This document shows positions 1 to 8,183 of a stretch of 32,000 nucleotides of DNA, in pieces. The notes under the pieces are model-generated. The model was given only the letters and a program-made list of their open reading frames with translations. It was not told the DNA's origin and made no database searches. Source of the DNA: Breznakia blatticola (lineage in GTDB: Bacteria > Bacillota_I > Bacilli_A > Erysipelotrichales > Erysipelotrichaceae); contig NZ_SODD01000002.1 of the NCBI RefSeq assembly GCF_004365815.1, positions 30,001 to 62,000 of the forward strand, written 5' to 3'. Numbering within the stretch: the first letter of the stretch is position 1; every line of letters begins with the position of its first letter. A program made the position numbers and the translations under genes.

Positions 1-1
1 C

Positions 2-1144
2 CAAAAACGACTGGATGTGATTAAACGCGAGATTGTAAAAATACTAAATGCACATCACTATAAAGCATATGAAAATGCAAATAAAGATGGATTGCGTTAT
101 TTAGTTATGCGTATATTGGAAAGCAAAGTACAAGTAACGATCGTCGGTGGAAAAAATGATATTTCCAAGGATTGTATTGATCAAATTATGAATATTGAAG
201 AAGTGGTTTCTTTATATTTTAGTGAAAATCGCACAAAGAAAACAACAAATATATTTGGTAAAGAAATGATTCATTTAGGTGGTGTGAAATTCTTAAACTT
301 CCATTTTAAAGATATCTATGCAACCTTATCACCACGTAGTTTCTTTCAGTTAAACACTGCACAAGCAAGTCGTTTATATGATGTTGTTGTAAATGCAGTT
401 GCAGATAATCAAGAATGCATTGTTGAGGCGTATTGCGGTGTAGGAATGATGTCACTTTTACTAGCAAATAAAGCAAAAAAAGTAATTGGAATCGAAAGCA
501 TTCCAGAAGCGATTCAAAATGCGAAACGTAATGCACAAAGAAATGATATTAAAAATACAAAATTCATGGTTGGAGATGCAGGTACAGAATTGGTTAAATT
601 ATCTGCTAAACAACCAATTGATACACTCGTAGTAGATCCTCCACGTAGTGGGTTAGATGATGTGATGTTAGATTGTATTATGAAAAGTGATATTCAAAAT
701 ATTGTCTATGTATCATGTAATCCTGCAACACTTGCAAAAAACCTTGCAATATTACAAGAAACGTATGCTATAACAAAAATCACACCAGTTGATATGTTTA
801 GTCAAACTGCGCATATTGAGACGGTTGTTCTTTTGTCCCACAAAGATATCGAGGAACACGTTAAACTCTCTTATGAGCCAGAAGATAAGCCATCTACACA
901 TTTTAGAGATGCAACCTATGAAGAAATCAAATCGTGGGTATTGGAGCATTATGGATTGAAAGTCAGTTCATTATATATCGGTCAAGTGAAAGATGAATGT
1001 GGATTGGCAAAAAGAGAAAATTATAATAAGTCAAAAAAGAAAGATGCAAAAGTTCCTTTGTGTCCAGAAAATAAAAAAGAGGCAATCAAAGCAGCACTAG
1101 AACATTTTGAAATGATAAATGACTGGAAGAAGATGTCTGAATAG
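2..1144 (+). CDS. rumA: RumA/RlmD-family 23S rRNA (uracil-5)-methyltransferase, 5'-partial (continues upstream of the window), with a foreign ~100-aa C-terminal tail from ~842 onward
   Basis: The frame is open from nt 2. SAM-MTase motifs are present: 'VEAYCGVGMMSL' (motif I), 'VVDPPRSGL' (motif IV), 'YVSCNPATLAKN' and the family C-terminal signature 'DMFSQTAHIETVVLLS'. The ORF then reads a further ~100 codons of unrelated sequence to a stop at 1142-1144. Confidence 0.85.
   Translation, partial: QKRLDVIKREIVKILNAHHYKAYENANKDGLRYLVMRILESKVQVTIVGGKNDISKDCIDQIMNIEEVVSLYFSENRTKKTTNIFGKEMIHLGGVKFLNFHFKDIYATLSPRSFFQLNTAQASRLYDVVVNAVADNQECIVEAYCGVGMMSLLLANKAKKVIGIESIPEAIQNAKRNAQRNDIKNTKFMVGDAGTELVKLSAKQPIDTLVVDPPRSGLDDVMLDCIMKSDIQNIVYVSCNPATLAKNLAILQETYAITKITPVDMFSQTAHIETVVLLSHKDIEEHVKLSYEPEDKPSTHFRDATYEEIKSWVLEHYGLKVSSLYIGQVKDECGLAKRENYNKSKKKDAKVPLCPENKKEAIKAALEHFEMINDWKKMSE
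842..1144 (+). other. Element-derived C-terminal tail translationally fused to rumA (KDIEEHVKLSYEPEDK...SSLYIGQVKDECGL...ALEHFEMI...)
   Basis: It lies after the point where RumA-family proteins normally end (a few residues after H-x-E-T-V-V-L-L). From memory, similar '...KVSSLYI.QVK..CGL...' tails occur at ends of Firmicute elements inserted in rumA; this was not verified here. Confidence 0.55.
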
Positions 1145-1181
1145 ATTTGACGCTGTAAAATGCGTTTTAGGGAATGTAAAA

Positions 1182-1217
1182 AGCCGTAGGTGAGTAAATC
1201 CTCATCTACGGCTTTTT
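1182..1217 (+). terminator. Rho-independent terminator after the rumA-tail ORF
   Basis: A 13-bp stem (aGCCGTAGGTGAG / CTCATCTACGGCt, one G-U) with a 6-nt loop (taaatc) is followed by TTTTT. Confidence 0.8.
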
Positions 1218-1412
1218 GTGTTCTTAAATGGCTTGTATAGTCGTTTCCGATTAGTTAACTTTAATGCCTTTGGTGTCGGGTGTATCCATTCTAAATCCAG
1301 AGTGACCCTCTTCAACTTTTCTAACAAGACAATTGTCAAACCTAGAACTATCCATCATAACCATACCAGAGTATGTTGAATCGAAAACAACTTGATTAGA
1401 TAAGTAAATGGT

Positions 1413-2051
1413 GTGGATGCTACCCGAAAGACAAGTAAGAAATATGGTGAGTATTTCACCTATGAATTGCTGGATACAATCAATGCACCAGAGGGCTGTA
1501 AATTACCAAATCGTAAATTGTTAGGTCGTTCTTATAAACTGGGTACAGCGTATGGATTGGATGCTTTGCGAGATGTAATAAAAGCAAAAGCACCAAAAGA
1601 ACAGCCGAAGCCTACAAAAGTTGAGCCTGTGAAAAATGGAGTAGAGATTGAACCTAAACAAGAGGAATCCAAGATAGAATTTCACGATTGGTGTAAGTCA
1701 AACGGTGAAACATATTTTGATGAAGCTGATGAGATGGACTGGGAGAAATACGAAGCCCTTAGAGAGCGCTGTAATGCGTTTTTAAGCGGTGAAAATGAAT
1801 CGGCAGAAATGACCAATGAGGCGTTAGAAACGCCTTATGAGGCTCCTACGCTTGTAGAATTGCCTGATACAGATAGCAATTCAACAGTGAATACTGAGGA
1901 AATAAAACGCAAGCAGGAAGTTAAAAGACAGGCTGTCTTGCGTGAGAAGCAAAACGCTGAGAAAAAGCTCAAAGGTAGAGCGGTAAGCGCTTCATTGCAA
2001 GATATTGTAGATTTAATTGATGGTGATGAGGATTGCAGAGAATATGAGTAG
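1413..2051 (+). CDS. Hypothetical acidic protein, probably a 5'-truncated relic of a larger element gene
   Basis: The only start is a GTG 4 codons after an in-frame TAA. There is no Shine-Dalgarno sequence and several stops lie upstream. The first internal Met is near residue 107. The C-terminal half is Lys/Glu-rich and coiled-coil-like. No family recognised. Confidence 0.4.
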   Translation: MDATRKTSKKYGEYFTYELLDTINAPEGCKLPNRKLLGRSYKLGTAYGLDALRDVIKAKAPKEQPKPTKVEPVKNGVEIEPKQEESKIEFHDWCKSNGETYFDEADEMDWEKYEALRERCNAFLSGENESAEMTNEALETPYEAPTLVELPDTDSNSTVNTEEIKRKQEVKRQAVLREKQNAEKKLKGRAVSASLQDIVDLIDGDEDCREYE

Positions 2052-2132
2052 GATTACTCTAGCCTTTTCTGTTTTTTTATCATATAATTGAATAAATTTG
2101 ATTTATAAGATTGAGATAAGGAGATAGCAGAA

Positions 2133-2930
2133 ATGAGTAATATTTATGAACAACTTTTGTATACAACCCTAAGAATTGAATGCATGGATGAAGAAAGTAA
2201 TTTGTTATCAATCGGAACAGGATTTCTGCTACAAAGACCAGTGGGAACTGACAAATATAAATTGTACTTAGTCTCTAATAAGCATGTCTTATTTGGTACT
2301 GATTCCATAGCAATTGCTTTTACTAAGATGAAAGGTAATGAGGCTGATTTGGGAAACATATTACGATTACCAATAAAAAACTTAAAAGAAAATGTTGTAC
2401 CTCATCCCAACCCTGATGTTGACATAGCAGTATTAGAGTGTACAGGACTTTTTGTAATTATGCCAGAACAACTTTACTTTAAAGCCGTTTCTTACGATAT
2501 GCTCGCAACTTTTGATGAACCAGAGCTATCGGTTGCAGAAAATGTATACTTTGTGGGATATCCAGATAACAGGTACGATATAAAAAACAATCTTCCGCTA
2601 ATTCGAACAGGATTGATTGCGAGTCATCCAAAGATTAATTACAATGGAAATGAAATCTTCATAATCGATGCTCAAGTATTTCCTGGTTCAAGCGGAAGTC
2701 CAGTTTATATTGATTTAACATACGAAAACATAAGAAACGGTCAGATTGTTTTAGGAAAAAATGATATAAAATTGTTGGGAATTGTATCATCTACAATGAT
2801 ACGCAACAACAAACTGAAATCTATAAACACAGGAACCCAATTGTTGACAGAAGAAGTTTTAGGATTGGGAATAGTTTATAAGGCAACAGCAATTAAAGAA
2901 CTAATTGATAGTATGCCAACGAATAACTAA
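2133..2930 (+). CDS. Cytoplasmic trypsin-like (S1/Trypsin_2-type) serine protease
   Basis: A strong RBS (aaggaga) lies 8 nt upstream of the ATG. The catalytic triad context is His in 'LVSNKHVL' (~H51), Asp in 'DVDIAVLE' (~D97) and Ser in 'FPGSSGSPVY' (~S187). No signal peptide or TM segment. Confidence 0.85.
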   Translation: MSNIYEQLLYTTLRIECMDEESNLLSIGTGFLLQRPVGTDKYKLYLVSNKHVLFGTDSIAIAFTKMKGNEADLGNILRLPIKNLKENVVPHPNPDVDIAVLECTGLFVIMPEQLYFKAVSYDMLATFDEPELSVAENVYFVGYPDNRYDIKNNLPLIRTGLIASHPKINYNGNEIFIIDAQVFPGSSGSPVYIDLTYENIRNGQIVLGKNDIKLLGIVSSTMIRNNKLKSINTGTQLLTEEVLGLGIVYKATAIKELIDSMPTNN

Positions 2931-2974
2931 CTAATAAACAGAGGTAAAGTACCTAATTATTAGTTCTATAAAAG

Positions 2975-3055
2975 ACCAGTTTGTAGAACTGGTAAAAATT
3001 TAAAATTCCTCTGCATTATGCGGAGGAATTTTAAATTATCTCCTGATTTATCAGG
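2975..3055. repeat. Three consecutive inverted repeats/hairpins between the protease and recombinase genes
   Basis: 2975-2993: accagtt-tgtag-aactggt. 2997-3037: an 18-bp stem, aatttaaaattcctctgc / gcggaggaattttaaatt, with one G-U and a 5-nt loop. 3042-3055: cctga-ttta-tcagg. Confidence 0.6.
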
Positions 3056-3129
3056 CTTTATATTGAATATTTCAGTATCTTCTGTTCTAATTGTGGGACA
3101 AACCACGTGAACAGAAAAAGGTGAAATAA

Positions 3130-4862
3130 ATGAAAAGAAAGCATACATATATACTCGTGTTAGTACTAATATGCAGGTTGATGGATATTCGTTAGAGGCT
3201 CAAAAAAAGAGATGTGAAGCTCAGGCAGAGTTTAATGATATTGATGTAATAAGATATTTCTCAGATGAGGGGCAGTCTGGAAAATCCATTGAGGGACGTG
3301 AAGAGTTTAAACGGATGATTGAGTACATTGAAGCAGGTGAAAAAGTTGATTACATCATTGTATTTAAACTTAGTCGTTTTGGTAGAAATACAAGAGATAT
3401 TCTTGAAGTTTTTGAAAAGATACAGGACTATGGCGTGGATTTAATTTGTGTGGAAGATAATATTGACACATCAAAGATGGGGAAATTTATCATGACTCTT
3501 CTCGGGGCAATTTCGGAAATGGAAAGAAATAACATTGTCGTACAAACTATGGCTGGTAGAAAAATGAAGGCATCAAAAGGACTCTGGAACGGCGGTCAAC
3601 CGCCATATGGTTACTCGCTTGTTCAGATGAAAGATGAAAAAGGAAAGATGTTAAAAATCAATGAAGAAGCAGCTGAACATGTCCGCATGATATATGACCT
3701 TTTTCTGAATCAAAACAAGGGGCTGGCGAGCACTGCTAAATATATGAATGACAGAGGGTATCGAAGAAAGCCATACAAGAATAACAAGTATGAATTGTTT
3801 ACTGATAGCTTTGTCAAACAAGTTTTAGATAATCCAGTTTATATGGGCAAGATAGCATATGAGCGTAGAAAGACAGAGAAAATAAAAGGACAACGAGATA
3901 AATATCATACTGTAAAGCAAGAAGAATATAGCCTATATGACGGCTTACATGAGGCGATAATATCAGAAGAGATGTGGAATTCGGTACATGAGAAAAGGCA
4001 AAAGACAGGTGTTGCCTTTGAAAAGAAGTACAGCCTAGACCATGCACACCTTTTATCAACAATACTGAAATGTCCAGCCTGTGGAGCATCTATGTACGGT
4101 AATGTGACAAGGTGTAAGAAGAAAGATGGAACAGGATATTATAAAGACGAGTTTCGCTATGTTTGCAAACATAGAAAGTCTGTAGATGGACAACTATGTA
4201 CGTTCAGTAAACAGCCAGCTCAAGATAGGGTTGATATGGAAGTCTTTGATGCGTTGATAGATGCTTTCAACAACGATAACTTTATAGAAGAAATGAAAGA
4301 TAAGATGAATACAAAAGTCGACACTGACAAGCAAGAGCAGGAAATGAAAGGTTTACAGGATACCCAAAGGCAAAGAATTAGAGAAATTGAAATGATTAGC
4401 AAGCGTAGGGATGCACTTCATCACGAAGACCCGATGTATGATATGAAATATGATGAACTTCTTGTTGTGAAAGAGGAAATCAAGAAATTGGATGCAAAGA
4501 TCCGAAAGGAAATAAAATCAACAGCATCTTATGCGGACGCTGTCAAAGAAATCTCAAACATCATTTTACATTGGCGAAAAATCACAGACCAAGAGAAAAC
4601 AGATTTTTCAAAAGTACATTGATAGAGTTGAAATGTTTGAGGACTTTGATAAGACAGGGCGTATTGTAAAACGCATAGACTTCAAAATACCAGTTTTTTT
4701 CAAACATCGAATCCGTATGAATCAGACCTTGTAGAGGTTGACGCAGAGGATGGTAAAAGAAGATTTACAACCAAGAAAACCTATGAAAAAGGTGATTCAA
4801 TGGTGTGGGACAAAAACGGACACGATGAGAGTGTGGTGTTGATGACAAGGATTGAGAAATAA
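3130..4862 (+). pseudogene. Large serine recombinase (resolvase + recombinase + zinc-ribbon + coiled-coil), disrupted by three homopolymer frameshifts
   Basis: The SD-preceded ATG at 3130 (aaaaaggtgaaataaATG) is out of frame with the main ORF. The catalytic motif 'KAYIYTRVSTNMQ' lies upstream of the tracked ATG at 3171 and has no in-frame start. The second shift is at the A4 run ~4596-4599, from frame 0 to the frame reading 'IFQKYIDRVEMFEDF...FKIPVF'. The third is at the T7 run 4694-4700, returning to the frame ending 'HDESVVLMTRIEK*'. LSR motifs: 'GLWNGGQPPYGY' and 'LKCPACGASMYG...YVCKHR'. Confidence 0.85.
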
Positions 4863-5111
4863 GAGGAAGAATACAGATAAACAGTCTTTGATTACTTTTG
4901 GAGGGTTGGAACTTAATGGTTATAGCTTCGATGTAATTAAATTAATCTATTCTTTTTACAAAAATCAGTTCACGAATAGATTATCGATAAAACCTATTTC
5001 AAATGAAAAAGGAATGACCACGTAATCGGTTCAACAGAATTTTCTAGGCATCCAATTCTGTAGCTTGGTATATGTTGAAAATGCTGTTGTAATGTCGAAG
5101 GAAGGAAAATA

Positions 5112-5528
5112 ATGTTAGAAATTATTATAAATAGAGATAGTGTGTGTTTAGCTGATGATATGAGTAATCATACGTTAATCTGTCGAATGAATGATGATGC
5201 AACTTATATAGATTTGTTTGCGAAAATAAAAGAACTAAATTATTTTCCAAATGTCTCAGGTAATAACATTGTTTGGGTACTACAGTCTAAAGCATATAAT
5301 TGCATATTTTCATATTTTTCTTTTACTGATAAATTTTCTCTAGGTTTGTCGGAAGAGAATCTTATTAGTTTGTGCAAAAAATATAATCACCTTCATTTCA
5401 AATTCTTTTCATCTCCTAGTAAGTGGAAAGCATATATTATGCAAATGTATAATGATAATACATATCAAATATGGAAAGATGGATGGGTGGAAGAAATAGA
5501 GTATTGTGATTATTTAGAAGGATTATAA
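5112..5528 (+). CDS. Hypothetical protein (138 aa), no recognisable family
   Basis: RBS gaaggaaggaaaataATG. Very AT-rich ORF immediately right of the element junction. No signal peptide or TM. Confidence 0.5.
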   Translation: MLEIIINRDSVCLADDMSNHTLICRMNDDATYIDLFAKIKELNYFPNVSGNNIVWVLQSKAYNCIFSYFSFTDKFSLGLSEENLISLCKKYNHLHFKFFSSPSKWKAYIMQMYNDNTYQIWKDGWVEEIEYCDYLEGL

Positions 5529-5743
5529 TACAAAGTCACTATTTGCTATATCAAAGGGACCGATTAATTTCAGTCTTTTTTTGATTTATAATCGCAAAAT
5601 ACTATAAGAACAGCGGAATGTAGAATTTTTTACTAATATAGATGAATAGCTAATTATCAAATGCTTTAAGTTAAGAGATTGAGAGTTCATAAACGTTTTT
5701 GGCAAAAGAAGATTGAAGTTTTATGATTATCATGCTAACATGG

Positions 5744-5769
5744 ATTCATTGAACATATATTCAATGAAT
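5744..5769. promoter_or_regulatory. Putative TetR operator (10-bp perfect inverted repeat, 6-nt spacer)
   Basis: attcattgaa-catata-ttcaatgaat lies 15-27 nt upstream of the TetR start codons. Confidence 0.5.
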
Positions 5770-5783
5770 GGATTATTAATGAA

Positions 5784-6389
5784 ATGGGAGCGCTTATGAA
5801 AACAAGACAGGAACAAAAAGAACAACGATATAAAGATATTTTACTTGTTTCTTTAGATTTATTCATTCGAAAAGGGTATTCAGCAACGAAGGTTAAAGAT
5901 ATAGCTGATGAAATGAATATGAGTGTTGGACTGCTCTTTCACTATTTTGAATCGAAAGAACGATTATATATTGAATTAATAAAAATGGGTGTATTGGGAC
6001 CGAAACAAGTACTTTCTGAAATCGACGATGTTAATCCTTTGTTATTTTTTGAAACATGTGCAAAACAAACGTTAAGTTATGCAAAAAATTCTATGTTTAC
6101 CGCGAAGATGTTTCTTCTGATGGGAAATGCTATATACAATGAGGGGATACCAGAGGAGGCAAAAAAAATAGCATCGAGCATTAATTTTTATGAAGAGACG
6201 ATGCCTATTATCGTGAGGGGACAGCAAGAGGGGACAATACGCCAAGGTGATCCCTTAAGTTTAGCGACGACGTTTTGGACAGCTTTACAAGGAATAATAC
6301 AAATGTATGCATTAAATGAGAATATGCAATTACCAGATTCAGAATGGATTGTAGATATTATCCGTGCAAAGGAGAAAACGTTATTATGA
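5784..6389 (+). CDS. TetR/AcrR-family transcriptional regulator (the start may be the second ATG at 5796, which has a better-spaced gggag RBS)
   Basis: N-terminal HTH 'ATKVKDIADEMNMSVGLLFHYFESKERLY'. The stop overlaps the downstream start (ATGA). Confidence 0.9.
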   Translation: MGALMKTRQEQKEQRYKDILLVSLDLFIRKGYSATKVKDIADEMNMSVGLLFHYFESKERLYIELIKMGVLGPKQVLSEIDDVNPLLFFETCAKQTLSYAKNSMFTAKMFLLMGNAIYNEGIPEEAKKIASSINFYEETMPIIVRGQQEGTIRQGDPLSLATTFWTALQGIIQMYALNENMQLPDSEWIVDIIRAKEKTLL

Positions 6390-7888
6390 AAGTAATTATT
6401 ATCGGCGCGGGAATTGCTGGTTTATCAGCTGGTATTTTTGCACGTCAAAGTGGATTTGATGTGACAATTTTTGAAACTCACACTATGCCAGGAGGTAATG
6501 CTACTGGTTGGAAACGTAAAGGATACTATTTTGAAGGTGGAATGCATTGGTTAGTGGGGTCAAGCGAAAAAACTGAGTTAAACAAATTGTGGTATTCTCT
6601 AGGTGCTTTACAAGAAAATAACCCTATATTTAATCGAGATCCATTTCTTACATATGTAAATGGAGAAGAAAAAATAGCATTATACAGAGATACGGATAAA
6701 CTGAAAAAACACTTATTAGAAATATCTCCACAAGATGAAAAAGCTATATGTCAGCTTATAAAGGATATTCGAGCACTAAAAAAAGCAACTATGCCAATTA
6801 CTGATATAAAAGGTGTGAGAGTTCATCATAAAACTTCAATACCTTTGTCTCAACTATTTGCGTATGTAAAAGCCGCAAAAACTATGGCAAAGTTATCAAA
6901 AATGAGTATTGATGAATACGTTGGGTGTTTTAAACATAAAGGTATACACGAATTATTAAAATCAGTCATAGCTATGGGTGAATATAGTGCGACTTCACTT
7001 ATATTTACTTTGGGTGGTTTAGCTGAATATGACAGCGGGTATCCAAAAGGTGGTTCATTACAAATGGTTCAAAATATGGCAAATACATTTGAAAACATTG
7101 GTGGCGTTATTGAGTATGGAAAAAAAGTTAGTTGCATCAATGTCGTAGATGCACAGGTGAACAGTATAAGTATTGGTAATAAGTTGTACATGGCTGATGC
7201 TGTGATAGTTACGTCCGATACTTTAGTAGCAACTGAACAATTGTTTGATCCTCCTCTATGTGAAGATTGGATAACTAAACTAAAGGATGAAATAATACCT
7301 GTAAATTGTACTTTTATTTCTTTAGGTGTAAAACAAGATATGAGTCATTTACCAACAAATATTGTGCTTTCGCTCAAAGAACCTTTTGTATATTGTGGTA
7401 GGACATATACATCAATAAGTTTGAATAATTATGCCACCTTTGAGGGGTATGCTCCTAAAGGTTGTACAGCAATTACTATCATGTTGTATGAAGATACATA
7501 TGATAGATGGAAGCAATTATATTTAGAAGGCACTTATCAAGATAAGAAAGAAGAGTTAGCGAAAAACATCATTCAACTTCTTGAAGAAAATTTATCAGAA
7601 ATAAAGGGTAAAGTTGAAGTTTGGGATATTGCAACACCGTTAACATATGAACGGTATTGTGGGACGTTTCGTGGTTCATGGATGTCGGTTATGAAACCAA
7701 AATCGAATAGTAATACTTCCCCATCTAAATCAAAAGATATTAAAAATCTATATTTTGCAGGTCAAAGACTAATGATACCAGGCGGAATGCCTGCCGCAAT
7801 GGTTACCAGTAGAACAGCGGTTCAACACCTTTGTAAAGACACAAATACTGTATTTCAAGGGGGTTGGGATAAGGAAAAACGAGTATAG
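6386..7888 (+). CDS. FAD/NAD(P)-binding oxidoreductase, phytoene-desaturase (CrtI/COG1233)-like
   Basis: Rossmann dinucleotide motif 'MKVIIIGAGIAGLSAG...FETHTMPGGN' at the RBS-preceded ATG at 6386; the tracked start at 6344 lies inside the TetR gene. C-terminal 'YFAGQ...PGGMP' motif. Confidence 0.85.
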   Translation: MKVIIIGAGIAGLSAGIFARQSGFDVTIFETHTMPGGNATGWKRKGYYFEGGMHWLVGSSEKTELNKLWYSLGALQENNPIFNRDPFLTYVNGEEKIALYRDTDKLKKHLLEISPQDEKAICQLIKDIRALKKATMPITDIKGVRVHHKTSIPLSQLFAYVKAAKTMAKLSKMSIDEYVGCFKHKGIHELLKSVIAMGEYSATSLIFTLGGLAEYDSGYPKGGSLQMVQNMANTFENIGGVIEYGKKVSCINVVDAQVNSISIGNKLYMADAVIVTSDTLVATEQLFDPPLCEDWITKLKDEIIPVNCTFISLGVKQDMSHLPTNIVLSLKEPFVYCGRTYTSISLNNYATFEGYAPKGCTAITIMLYEDTYDRWKQLYLEGTYQDKKEELAKNIIQLLEENLSEIKGKVEVWDIATPLTYERYCGTFRGSWMSVMKPKSNSNTSPSKSKDIKNLYFAGQRLMIPGGMPAAMVTSRTAVQHLCKDTNTVFQGGWDKEKRV

Positions 7889-8183
7889 TTTACTTGACAA
7901 AAAACTAAGAAGTTTCTTATCTGGAATTTAACAAAGTTATCAAATCATCTACGATTATAGTTGCTGAAGTATGATATTTTCTTGTGATATCAAGAATAGT
8001 GCATTATATGGTCTTAAATCATTTTCATATATTGATAATGGTATAAAGACGATGTTTTTATTTGATCCTTAATAGTATTATTCTAACAACATAAATACAA
8101 TAAATTCTTATTTAGTCTTGTATAGTATGCAGCAAATATATTCAATGGTATAATACATAAGAATGAAATATAGAGGATGATTC

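Larger units (their letters stand above)
812..4862 (+). mobile_element. Decayed ~4-kb integrative element (large-serine-recombinase type) inserted in the 3' end of rumA; boundaries approximate (attL ~812-844, attR ~4821-4862)
   Basis: The rumA C-terminal signature HIETVVLLSHK (812-844) is echoed by HDESVVLMTRIEK* (4821-4862) at the 3' end of the recombinase reading frame. The recombinase gene abuts the right junction. The interior holds non-housekeeping genes. Confidence 0.65.

Noticed and set aside
306-949. Minus-strand ORFs 306-536 and 752-949
   Set aside because: They are antisense to the rumA coding region, which has unambiguous methyltransferase motifs.
1250-1400. Minus-strand reading frame ending ...DNCLVRKVEEGHSGFRMDTPDTKGIKVN*
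   Set aside because: It has no start codon or RBS, is under 50 meaningful codons, and matches no recognisable family. At most it is a gene fragment, and it is mentioned only as a possible deletion scar.
2966-3148. 60-aa minus-strand ORF between protease and recombinase
   Set aside because: It spans the hairpin cluster and the recombinase RBS/start region. It has no RBS, and its sequence is dominated by the palindromes.
4531-4734. 67-aa + strand ORF listed as separate
   Set aside because: Its informative part (IFQKYIDRVEMFEDFDKTGRIVKRIDFKIPVF) is the normal C-terminal segment of a large serine recombinase read in a shifted frame. It is part of the 3130-4862 pseudogene, not a separate gene.
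6344-6385. Upstream extension of the oxidoreductase ORF (start at 6344)
   Set aside because: It lies inside the TetR coding region. The Rossmann motif begins at the RBS-preceded ATG at 6386.
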